64,000 bases of DNA from Thermotogaceae bacterium. GTDB lineage: Bacteria; Thermotogota; Thermotogae; B21-G9; HyVt-16. Within the stretch, counting starts at the first letter, position 1, and each line of letters opens with the position of its first letter. The position numbers and the translations under genes are program-made. The notes beneath the pieces are model-generated. The model was given only the letters and a program-made list of their open reading frames with translations, made no database searches and had not been told where the DNA came from. The DNA is taken from assembly GCA_029981435.1 (NCBI GenBank), contig JARRBB010000004.1, forward strand, positions 166-64,165, written 5' to 3'. This document shows, piece by piece, positions 42,365 to 51,397 of this stretch.

Positions 42365-42733
42365 TTAGTGTTGTTCTACGAATTTTTTGTACTCTTCTTC
42401 ACTCATCAAATCATCAAGTTCCGATTCGTCAGTAAATTCCAACTTTGCTATCCAGCCTTTTCCTTCAGCATCTTGATTGATAATTTCTGGTGTAGTATCA
42501 AGTTCTGTGTTCACTTCTATTACTTTTCCAGTTAAAGGAGCGTAAATATCACTTGCTGCTTTAACGGATTCTACCGAACAAAGAACCTCGCCTTTTTTCA
42601 CCTCTTTACCTATCTCTGGTAATTCTACAAACACAACATCTCCAAGTTCTTCCTGAGCATGATTGCTTATACCTATGGTCGCAATTTTACCATCAACTTC
42701 CACCCATTCATGTGTTTTGGAATATTTTTTCAT
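42365..42733 (-). CDS. gcvH: Glycine cleavage system H protein (lipoyl carrier).
   Basis: 122 aa. The lipoyl-lysine motif is ESVKAASDIYAP. Confidence 0.9.
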   Translation of the reverse strand: MKKYSKTHEWVEVDGKIATIGISNHAQEELGDVVFVELPEIGKEVKKGEVLCSVESVKAASDIYAPLTGKVIEVNTELDTTPEIINQDAEGKGWIAKLEFTDESELDDLMSEEEYKKFVEQH

Positions 42734-42759
42734 GGCTATCCCTCCTAAAAAAAGATATT

Positions 42760-43870
42760 TTATATCTCTATAAGCTTATATTCACGGCTACCAAGCCCAA
42801 TTTTTTCGGCATGCTCAAGTTGAATATTCCAGTCAACAGAAGGATGAATATGTCTGAATTTGTCATCCGTATGTTGAACGTCAAGACTTCCATAAGGATT
42901 GACAGGTGCTTTGTTCACCAAATCCGCACAGGCTTGATCGATTGCAACCGGATCTCTACTTGCCAGTATCCCTATGTTGGGTACAATAGGTGCATCATTG
43001 ACATGCCAGCAATCACAATTAGGTGAAACGTCAGTTATAAAGGAAACATAAAGTGCTCTATCTTTTTTATCTTTAAGAACCGCGTAAGCATATTCAGCCA
43101 TCTTTCTACTAAGCAAGTCCGTTGATGCGTCCCAATTTGGTACCATTGCACCGAACTGACATATTGCTATACATTGACCACAACCGATACAGATTTCATA
43201 GTTTATCTGGGCTTTTCTATCCACGAGTTTAATAGCATTCACTGGACAATACTTCACGCATGAACCACAACCAGTACAGCTGTCTTTTTCAACTCTTGGC
43301 TTAGAAGTTGAATGTTGCTCAAGTTTTCCTGCTCTTGAGGCAAACCCCATACCAATGTTTTTTATAGTACCTCCAAAACCAGTCGCCTCATGACCTTTAA
43401 AATGTGTCATGGCAATTATAGAATCTGCATAATAAGCTGCACCACCTATTTTGGCCTTTTTAACGTATTCTAAGTTGATTTCCACTTCTACTTCGTCTCT
43501 ACCTCTTAAACCGTCGGCTATAACAATTGGAGTCCCCACAACAGAAAAAGCAAAACCATTCTCGATAGCCGCTTCTATATGTTCAGGGGCATTCGCCCTT
43601 CTACCTCTGTAAAGTGTATTTGCATCAGTTAAAAATGGTATCGTTCCAAGTTTTTTCAACAATTCGACAAGCTTTCTCACATAATTTGGTCTTATGTATG
43701 CGAGATTTCCAGGTTCGCCAAAGTGTATCTTTATTGCTGTTAAATCGCCTTTTTTTACGACGTTTTCTATACCAGCTTTTCTCAAAAGCCTTTCAAACTT
43801 TTGAAGAAGATTTTCCGTTGGAGTTGCTCTAAAATTCATGAAAAAAACTTCTGCTGCCACTTTTTTCACC
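42760..43870 (-). CDS. DUF362-domain protein with two 4Fe-4S ferredoxin-type cluster motifs.
   Basis: CTGCGSCVKYCP and CIGCGQCIAICQ ferredoxin motifs embedded in a DUF362-like fold. Probable start is the GTG at 43870 after a GGAGGTG SD. The ORF track's longer form starts at a TTG inside the intergenic region. Confidence 0.6.
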
Positions 43871-43880
43871 TCCAAAAAAT

Positions 43881-44705
43881 TTATATCAAAGCACAGCATT
43901 CCTGAGAATCTGAAAATTCATAACCAAGTTCTGATATATAACTGTAAGTTTTAGGGATTGGTTTAGTTATAATGTCAAATCCAATATCAAGAGCAAGTTT
44001 TTGAAGTGTTGTTCTGTAAAGTCCTCTTGGTTGCATACAACCGAGTATGAGTTTTGGAAAATACAATCTTGCCTTCTGAAAAATCTGCTTAACGTCATTG
44101 AATTCTGGTGGAAAACAATTTTGATATGCTGTACCAGATGTAGGAATGAATACATTCAGTATTAACTTTTTAAGTCCCAACTCTTTGAGTATTTCGAGTG
44201 ATCTATATTCATGAGTTATCTTTCCACACTGGAGCCCGATTGTTAGATGAACAGAAGGTTCAAGATATTTTCTAACGTTTTCTATTGTATCAAGATAATC
44301 TTTCACAGAAATTTTTGCACCATACACTTCACTTACAACTTCGGAATCTCCTACAAAATCAAGAGAGACAGCATCAGCATATTTCAGAAATTCAAGGTTA
44401 TCCTCACTTTTTACAATACCAACATGAAAGTTCAATTTGTATCCAAAACCTTTGAGTGCAATGATTTTATCCATAAAATTTTCTATAGGGACTCTGAGCT
44501 TGCCGTTTAAGCCACCGCTTACAAGAAAACTGTCGTATTTACCGTCAAGCATGTCCAGAGAGATATTTTCTATCCACATCATCTTCTTGAGATAATGTCT
44601 TCCGCAATGCTTGCAGTTCAATGAGCAACTTCCTCTGGTTATTGAAAGCGGTAAGGTCCTCCTTAAATTGGTTAAAATAACTTTTTTAACAGTTTGACCT
44701 TTCAT
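43881..44705 (-). CDS. Small radical-SAM protein (CX3CX2C). Function unknown.
   Basis: 274 aa. CSLNCKHCG is a canonical radical-SAM cluster motif. Ends ...DSQECCALI. It overlaps ychF by 4 nt and sits just upstream of DUF362-gcvH. No LipA-type auxiliary CX4CX5C motif is present. Confidence 0.6.
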   Translation of the reverse strand: MKGQTVKKVILTNLRRTLPLSITRGSCSLNCKHCGRHYLKKMMWIENISLDMLDGKYDSFLVSGGLNGKLRVPIENFMDKIIALKGFGYKLNFHVGIVKSEDNLEFLKYADAVSLDFVGDSEVVSEVYGAKISVKDYLDTIENVRKYLEPSVHLTIGLQCGKITHEYRSLEILKELGLKKLILNVFIPTSGTAYQNCFPPEFNDVKQIFQKARLYFPKLILGCMQPRGLYRTTLQKLALDIGFDIITKPIPKTYSYISELGYEFSDSQECCALI

Positions 44706-45787
44706 ACTTTGAATAGAAATTTCAACACATCCCCTTCCTTTACTGTATAATCTTTTCCATGATACTCTATAGCACCTCTTTCTTTTGCCTCTTTGAGGTT
44801 TGAAAATCCCTTCAACTTTTCAAAATTTATAACCTCAACTTTTATAAATCCCTTTTGCATATCTGTATGAATCAAACCAGCAGCTTCATAAGCCGACGAA
44901 TTCCTTCTTGTTGCCCAGGCTCGTGCCTCATTTTGATTAACCGTGAAAAAGGTTATCAGTTCCAAAACGCCATAAACGGACGCTATCAAGTCCTGAATAG
45001 CCGATCTTTTCAGCCCATAAATCTCTAAAAATTCCTTTCTCTCTTCATCAGGAATTTCTTTAAGCTCTTCTTCTATTTTTGCATTCAGAATAAGTAGATC
45101 TGCGTTTCGTTTCACAGCAATATTCTTCAATGGGGAGAAAAAGTCCTGATTGTTAGCATGTTCGTCAACATTCAAAACATACACAAAAGGTTTGTCGGTT
45201 AGAAGAAAAAGCTCCTTGATTATCTTATCTTCATTTTCGTTTTTTACAAAGTTAAAAGCAAGATTTCCTTCATTAAGATGTTTTTTCAACCTCTCCAAAA
45301 GTTCGATTTCTTCAATAGCTTCCTTATCACCACTTTTAGCCATCTTAAACTTTTTCTGGTAACGTTTTTCGATGGTATCAAGGTCCTTTAATATCAATTC
45401 CAGCTCAACTGTTTCAAGATCTCTAAGCGGATTCAAATCCCCGTCAGAATGTGGAACATTTGGACTAATAAATCCTCTTATGACATGAACAATTGCATCG
45501 ACTTTTCTTATCTGATCAAGAAACTGATTACCCAGTCCCTCGCCTTTACTAGCACCTTTTATAAGACCTGCGATATCTATGAACTCTATAACCGGCTTTA
45601 CTCTCCTATGGGAATTTTCCATCTGTGCCAATAAATCTACCCGATTGTCATCAACTTCAACGACAGCTATGTTTGGATCTACTGTACAAAAGGGATAACT
45701 TTCAGCCGGAACCTTCAACCCGGTTATAGCATTGAACAGAGTAGATTTACCAGAATTAGGCATTCCAACAATTCCTACATTTAACGT
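44702..45787 (-). CDS. ychF: Redox-regulated ribosome-associated ATPase/GTPase YchF (Obg family). The position of the initiator codon carries ACG.
   Basis: G1 motif GIVGMPNSGKSTLFNAIT, a TGS-containing C-terminus, about 362 aa. A GAGGAG SD lies 8 nt upstream of the ACG at 45787, which aligns with the initiator Met of YchF homologues ((M)LNVGIVG). The first in-frame ATG (45763) would remove part of the P-loop-preceding beta-strand. Confidence 0.8.
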   Translation of the reverse strand, partial: TLNVGIVGMPNSGKSTLFNAITGLKVPAESYPFCTVDPNIAVVEVDDNRVDLLAQMENSHRRVKPVIEFIDIAGLIKGASKGEGLGNQFLDQIRKVDAIVHVIRGFISPNVPHSDGDLNPLRDLETVELELILKDLDTIEKRYQKKFKMAKSGDKEAIEEIELLERLKKHLNEGNLAFNFVKNENEDKIIKELFLLTDKPFVYVLNVDEHANNQDFFSPLKNIAVKRNADLLILNAKIEEELKEIPDEERKEFLEIYGLKRSAIQDLIASVYGVLELITFFTVNQNEARAWATRRNSSAYEAAGLIHTDMQKGFIKVEVINFEKLKGFSNLKEAKERGAIEYHGKDYTVKEGDVLKFLFKV

Positions 45788-45979
45788 TTATAACCACTCC
45801 TCATGTTCAGAAAACTTTTGAATTGACTACCAATAAATTTTACCATAAGCGAATGATGATAATCAGAAAAATCGCAGCTGAAAAATTGTAAAAGAAATGT
45901 AAATACTGATGTTTGCAATATGCGGAAAAGGATATAATTAAAAAAACAACTATCTTAGTTGAGAAGGGGGAAGGCAAAA

Positions 45980-46990
45980 ATGAAAATGTGTAAGGTACTT
46001 TTGATTTCATTTCTTCTTATGCTGGGACTTTCAACAGTTTTTGGTGTCACTCTAAGTGAAATTTTTACAACCGCCAAATCCAGTAATACCGACTTCATCG
46101 TTGCAGACCTGGAACTTCAAAAAGCAAACCTGAATTATGAAATGTCAAAAATACAGGCGGATACAAAAAAAGAATTGCTGAATGCCGAACTCAACTATTA
46201 CTCCACCATGCTCTCAAACAGAAACAGTATTAAGAACTTTTATTCTGATGTTTTAAGTTCTATCTTCGATATCTGGATAAATGAAATAAACTTGGATATA
46301 GCGGATATAAACAAAAGAATAGCAGAGATAAATTATCAAAACACTGAAAATCTCTACAAGAAAAAATGGGCCTCTGATATAGAACTCGAAGAAGCTTCTT
46401 TGACCGTTAAAGAAGCTCAGATAGAACTGGAAAATTCCAAGTGGAATCTTGAAAAAGCCATGAAAGACTTTGAGCTTGTAACTGGAAGAAAATGGGAAAA
46501 TTTCGAGATAAAAATCTACAATTATCAAGATTATGTGGTTTCCGACCAGGTCTGGAAAGAAAATGATTTAAATTTGAAGGTACTGGAACTAAATTATGAG
46601 ATAGCGAAATACAACCTGGAAACTCTTTCATCAGGAGTTTCTGAGTACGATAGGATTGTGGCAAAAATAGAACTCGAGAAAGCAAAGCTGAACTGGGAAG
46701 AAACGTTGAAAAACATTTCAAAAAATCACAAAGATTCTATTCAAAATTTGAAATCCTCTTATTTAAATACATTGAATCTGAAAGATAGATTGGATTTAAC
46801 TAAAAAAGATTTTCAGGATAGCGAAGTAAACTATCAGAAGGGTCTTATATCTGAACTGGAGTATCTAAATTCAAAATTATCCCTCTTGAACGATCAGAAA
46901 AACTATGAAAGTTCGCTGGAAAACTTTCTCAAATTGCTGATCAATTATTTGATAGATACAGGAAGGCTTCCTGAGGAGGAACTTCGTTAA
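45980..46990 (+). CDS. TolC-family outer-membrane efflux protein (first of two).
   Basis: Signal peptide MKMCKVLLISFLLMLGLSTVFG. Coiled-coil-rich TolC-like repeats. Followed by a second TolC-like gene, a HlyD-like gene and macB-like genes. Confidence 0.5.
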   Translation: MKMCKVLLISFLLMLGLSTVFGVTLSEIFTTAKSSNTDFIVADLELQKANLNYEMSKIQADTKKELLNAELNYYSTMLSNRNSIKNFYSDVLSSIFDIWINEINLDIADINKRIAEINYQNTENLYKKKWASDIELEEASLTVKEAQIELENSKWNLEKAMKDFELVTGRKWENFEIKIYNYQDYVVSDQVWKENDLNLKVLELNYEIAKYNLETLSSGVSEYDRIVAKIELEKAKLNWEETLKNISKNHKDSIQNLKSSYLNTLNLKDRLDLTKKDFQDSEVNYQKGLISELEYLNSKLSLLNDQKNYESSLENFLKLLINYLIDTGRLPEEELR

Positions 46991-48270
46991 TGCTCCGGAA
47001 AAAGTTGCTTTTATTTCTTGTGTTTTTGAGTTTTTTTACTTTAGCCTTCAGCGATTTCTGGCAATTATACAAGAATGAATTGCTAAAAACATCTGAATAT
47101 TTAACAGCGGTTCAAAGCTTCAAACAGGCAGAGCTGAATCTGAAACAGTTCGAAAATTTTCTAAATCCTTATCTTGAATTCACATTTGGCGCAGAACCTC
47201 TGGTAATAAACAAAAATGGTATAAATGCCTTTTCAGTGAGTTTAAATCTCAACTTTTTAAAGGTCTATGGAAGTAACATAGGTATCTCACTACCCTTAGA
47301 TATTGATTTAAAAAATGATTCTATAGACCTTGACTATCCTTCCTTAAAAATATCGAGAAATCTTTTTCAGGAACAAAAAGCAGAACATTTAGAAGCCCTT
47401 TCAAATTACTACAGTAGTCTATGGAATTTGAAAGAAGTGAAATGGAGTAAACTCAAAGAACTGATTAATGATATATTCAACTGGTGGTATTATAACGAAC
47501 TGAAAAAATTAAACGTTGAAAAACTCGAAATCATCAAACAGAAAATGTCTGAAGTAAAGGAAGATTCAGAGAAAAGAGAGTTGAAAAATCAAATTCTGGA
47601 AATTCAAAAATCGTTGCTGAATTACGAAAATATTCTGAAGAACATAGATATAGATTGTTCCTATGAACTTTATGAAGAAGCGTTAAAAAGTATAAAAGAA
47701 CTCATTGAAGAAATTCCTGGAACTTCTAAAGCTTTGAGAGAGGATCTTCTGGCAGCAAAGTACAGCAAAGAAGCAGCCTTCGAAAAATCGAATTTGTGGT
47801 ATTTACCTTATCTTCCAAACCCATCACTGGGAATAACTTTTGGTTATAACGATGGGAAGTTCGACTGGTCAATCAGTATTTCACTGAGTTATACACTCAT
47901 TGATCATGGAGAAAAGAAATTCCAATCTGAAAATCGGAAAGTTGATTCGAAGATAAAAGAATTGGATTATTTGAATAAACAAAAGAAGATCGTAGAGAAT
48001 ATCTCGACCATTATGAACTCCATAGATTCACTCATGGTACAAAAAGAATTAGAAAACCTAAAGATTGAAGACTCTTCTGAACAGCTTGAAAAAGATAAAA
48101 AACTTCTGGATAAGGGTTTTATAACGGCTTTAGATTTTGAATTATCGAGAATTGAAAATGAAATTTTGAAAGTGGAATATCAGAACATTGAAAACGAAAT
48201 CCTTATCAAAAAGATCGATTTTCTACTCGAGAGAGGTTATGAACTGAACACTGGAGGTGTGAGTAATTGA
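46990..48270 (+). CDS. TolC-family outer-membrane efflux protein (second).
   Basis: Signal peptide LLLFLVFLSFFTLAFS. 426 aa with an alpha-helical coiled-coil plus beta pattern. TAATG overlap with the upstream gene. Confidence 0.5.
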   Translation: MLRKKLLLFLVFLSFFTLAFSDFWQLYKNELLKTSEYLTAVQSFKQAELNLKQFENFLNPYLEFTFGAEPLVINKNGINAFSVSLNLNFLKVYGSNIGISLPLDIDLKNDSIDLDYPSLKISRNLFQEQKAEHLEALSNYYSSLWNLKEVKWSKLKELINDIFNWWYYNELKKLNVEKLEIIKQKMSEVKEDSEKRELKNQILEIQKSLLNYENILKNIDIDCSYELYEEALKSIKELIEEIPGTSKALREDLLAAKYSKEAAFEKSNLWYLPYLPNPSLGITFGYNDGKFDWSISISLSYTLIDHGEKKFQSENRKVDSKIKELDYLNKQKKIVENISTIMNSIDSLMVQKELENLKIEDSSEQLEKDKKLLDKGFITALDFELSRIENEILKVEYQNIENEILIKKIDFLLERGYELNTGGVSN

Positions 48271-49313
48271 AAAAAAGATGGTTGTGGCTCATCATCGTAG
48301 TCGCTATCATAGTCGTGCTGATTTTAATATTTTTCAGAAATAAAAATCAGAATTCGTCAAACCAACAGTCAACCAATTCCTTACCCCAGTTTTTTCTTGA
48401 ATACAAAGTAAAAAGAAGCGAACTGGGAGATTATCTTGAAGTGACAGGTAATGTCGAAGCCGATATCATAAGCATTTCATCAAAAGTGGCGGGAGAAATA
48501 GTGGAGATTTTTGTGACAGAAGGTCAGCAGGTAAAAAAAGGCGAACCAGTGGCCAAAGTAGATGATTTATCGTATAGAAAGAGTTACCTCGAAGCTTTGA
48601 GCAACTACGAAAGTTCCCTTAATTCTTCCGAAAGATTAAAAGAATTAAGAAAGTTGGAGCTTGAAATAGCAAAAAAGAACCTTGAAAACGCAACAATAAC
48701 CACTCCAACAGATGGAATAATAGACGAAGTGAATGTCAAAATAGGTGATATTGTCGGTCAGGGAACTGTAATAGCTACTCTGATAGATGAAAATAGTCTT
48801 TGCGTTAAAGCGTGGATTGACGAGGTTGATTTGAAAAAGGTAAAGGAAAATTCAGATGTGGTTGTTGAATTTGAGCAACTCGGTATCAACCTCAATGGAA
48901 AAATTAACAGAATAAGTCCCTCTGCTGTTTCTTCTGGTGGTATCGTATCAATCCCAATAGAAATAACCCTTGAAGGTAATCCCTGGGAAAAGGGTGTTAT
49001 ACCTAACCTAACTTGTAATGTAAAGATACTTTTGATGAGCAAGAAAAATGTTATAGTGATCCCAAGAAATGGGTTATCCAATGATGAAAACGGTTACTAT
49101 GTTATGGTGAAAAACGGTAACACTACGGAAAAAAGATATATCGAAACAGGTGAAATGACTGAAGATGTTGTGGAAGTAGTCAGCGGATTGAACGAAGGGG
49201 AAACAATTTTGATACAACCAAACAGAGAAAGATTGAGAGAGTTTATGCAAGAAATAGGTGGTTCACAACAATTCAGAACTCCCTTCGGTGGTCCACCTCC
49301 TGTAGGAAGGTGA
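48267..49313 (+). CDS. HlyD/MacA-family periplasmic adaptor (membrane fusion protein).
   Basis: N-terminal TM, coiled-coil hairpin, biotinyl/lipoyl-like and beta-barrel domains. Overlaps its neighbours. Confidence 0.75.
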   Translation: MKKRWLWLIIVVAIIVVLILIFFRNKNQNSSNQQSTNSLPQFFLEYKVKRSELGDYLEVTGNVEADIISISSKVAGEIVEIFVTEGQQVKKGEPVAKVDDLSYRKSYLEALSNYESSLNSSERLKELRKLELEIAKKNLENATITTPTDGIIDEVNVKIGDIVGQGTVIATLIDENSLCVKAWIDEVDLKKVKENSDVVVEFEQLGINLNGKINRISPSAVSSGGIVSIPIEITLEGNPWEKGVIPNLTCNVKILLMSKKNVIVIPRNGLSNDENGYYVMVKNGNTTEKRYIETGEMTEDVVEVVSGLNEGETILIQPNRERLREFMQEIGGSQQFRTPFGGPPPVGR

Positions 49314-49318
49314 TGTAG

Positions 49319-50014
49319 ATGAATCAGAAAGTCGTCGAATTCATAAATGTGAAGAAAATATATGATATGGGTGAGGTCAAGGTAGAAGCGTTGAAAGGCA
49401 TATCCTTTGAAATTTTGAAAGGAGATTATGTGATCATAATGGGGCCATCTGGAAGTGGTAAATCCACTCTTTTACACATCATGGGATGTTTGGATAGACC
49501 AACAAGCGGTAAAGTACTAATAGATGGTGAAGACACTTCTAAAATGAATGATTCCAAACTTGCAAGATTGAGAAATCAAAAAATAGGTTTTGTTTTTCAA
49601 AGTTTCAATCTTTTGAGTAAGCTAACAGCTCTTGAAAACGTTGAACTTCCAATGATATACGCTGGAATTGAAAAAAGAAAAAGAAAGAAACGTGCCATCG
49701 AACTGTTGGAGATGGTTGGCCTTGGGGATAGACTGAATCACAGGCCTAACCAGCTTTCAGGTGGTCAACAACAGAGGGTTGCCATAGCACGAGCTCTTGC
49801 AAATGATCCTCCAATAATTCTTGCAGACGAGCCAACCGGTAATCTCGATACAAAGAGTGGAGAAGAAATACTTAAAATTTTCAAGATGCTTCATGAATCT
49901 GGAAAAACAATAATAGTTGTAACACATGACCCTGATATGATTCATGAAGGAAAAACCTTGATAAAAATAAAAGATGGATTGATAGAAGGTGTAGAGGTGT
50001 TGGAATTTGTCTGA
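49319..50014 (+). CDS. MacB/LolD-type ABC transporter ATP-binding protein.
   Basis: Walker [10 protein letters not shown], signature [15 protein letters not shown], Walker [12 protein letters not shown]. Confidence 0.85.
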   Translation: MNQKVVEFINVKKIYDMGEVKVEALKGISFEILKGDYVIIMGPSGSGKSTLLHIMGCLDRPTSGKVLIDGEDTSKMNDSKLARLRNQKIGFVFQSFNLLSKLTALENVELPMIYAGIEKRKRKKRAIELLEMVGLGDRLNHRPNQLSGGQQQRVAIARALANDPPIILADEPTGNLDTKSGEEILKIFKMLHESGKTIIVVTHDPDMIHEGKTLIKIKDGLIEGVEVLEFV

Positions 50015-51236
50015 AATAATAATTGAATCTATAAGAAGTTTAATGAGTAACAAATTAAGAACTTTTCTTTCCATGCTTGGAATAATAATCGGCGTCACGG
50101 CTGTCATAACTGTTGTTTCAATAGGTCAAGGAACCACTGAAAATGTTACAAGTCGTATAGCATCGCTTGGTTCAAACGTAATCATAGTGATGCCGGGTAT
50201 ATCAGGTGGTTCTGGTAGAGCTGCAACTCAATTATCTGATATTCTAAGTGTATCGGATGTTGAAAAAATTCGACAGATGTGTCCAAATGTTTCAAAAGTA
50301 GCACCAATTTTGCAAAGAAGCTCAAATATCGGATATGAGAACCAAAATACTGTTGCAACGATTATGGCATCTACACCTGAAATATTCGACATTTTGAATC
50401 TTGAAATTTCCAAAGGTAGGAAATTAACTTATGAAGATGAAGAAAATTTTGAAAATGTTGTCATACTTGGATATGACGTTGCGCAGGAAATATTTGGAGA
50501 CGAAGAACCTCTTGGTAAAAATATCTACATATCTTTGAATATCGGTAACTCCTCTATCAAAAAATTATTTAAAGTAGTCGGTATCATGAAAAAGCTTGGA
50601 AGCAAATTGATGTATCGACCAGACGACTCGATAATAATACCCTTTTCATCCGCTGATGAAAGAATTTTTTACTCTCAGGGAAAAGTTAACTCAATAATAG
50701 CATCAGCAGATAGTTCAGAAAATTCTCAGATTGCTATGATACAAATAGATCAGGTTCTCTATGACAGGTTTGATACAGCCGACAAATACAGATTTATAAG
50801 TCAAGAATCCATAATGGAAACTCTTCAGGAAACAACCGCAATTTTAAGTTTCTTTTTGGGAGCCATAGCGGCCATTTCTTTGATAGTTGGTGGAATAGGG
50901 ATAATGAATATAATGCTCGTTTCTGTAACGGAGAGAACGAGAGAAATAGGCGTCAAACTTGCGATTGGAGCCACGAGAAAAAGAATTTTATGGGAATTCA
51001 TCTTTGAAAGCGTTCTGCTCACTTTCATTGCTGGTGTAATAGGTATCTTGCTCGGTATTGGTTTCTCTAAATTAACAGAAATACTCGCCAGTGATTTTAA
51101 TTTAAAAACATCCGTTTCCTGGCAATCCATAGCCATTGCCTTCGGTGCTTCTACTCTCATTGGGCTCTTCTTTGGAATTTATCCCGCAAGTAAGGCTTCA
51201 AAGCTTGATCCAGTTGAAGCATTGAGATACGAGTGA
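50007..51236 (+). CDS. MacB-type ABC transporter permease (FtsX-like domain with a large periplasmic loop).
   Basis: N-terminal NKLRTFLSMLGIIIGV; a C-terminal FtsX four-TM bundle; 409 aa. A TTG start follows GAGGTG. Confidence 0.8.
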   Translation: MSEIIIESIRSLMSNKLRTFLSMLGIIIGVTAVITVVSIGQGTTENVTSRIASLGSNVIIVMPGISGGSGRAATQLSDILSVSDVEKIRQMCPNVSKVAPILQRSSNIGYENQNTVATIMASTPEIFDILNLEISKGRKLTYEDEENFENVVILGYDVAQEIFGDEEPLGKNIYISLNIGNSSIKKLFKVVGIMKKLGSKLMYRPDDSIIIPFSSADERIFYSQGKVNSIIASADSSENSQIAMIQIDQVLYDRFDTADKYRFISQESIMETLQETTAILSFFLGAIAAISLIVGGIGIMNIMLVSVTERTREIGVKLAIGATRKRILWEFIFESVLLTFIAGVIGILLGIGFSKLTEILASDFNLKTSVSWQSIAIAFGASTLIGLFFGIYPASKASKLDPVEALRYE

Positions 51237-51267
51237 TTTTTAACTACATGACAATATTTTTTAAATT

Positions 51268-51300
51268 ATGGTGCAAATTTTAAATTGCACCATAAATTTT
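51268..51300. terminator. Inverted repeat ATGGTGCAA-N8-TTGCACCAT followed by a T-run. Probable intrinsic terminator of the efflux operon and a possible operator.
   Basis: Read directly. Nine-bp perfect arms with an AT-rich spacer, followed by AAATTTTTT. Confidence 0.5.
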
Positions 51301-51322
51301 TTAAAATTAATCTACAAAATGT

Positions 51323-51351
51323 TTGACTTTTTTGAGTTTTATCTGTATAAT
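51323..51351 (+). promoter_or_regulatory. Near-consensus sigma-70 promoter (TTGACT, 17 nt spacer, TATAAT) upstream of the MFS transporter gene.
   Basis: Read directly. The -10 ends about 46 nt before the ATG at 51398. Confidence 0.45.
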
Positions 51352-51397
51352 TTCAATTTGGAAATCAAATTTATTCAACACGAGGTGAAAAAATAAT

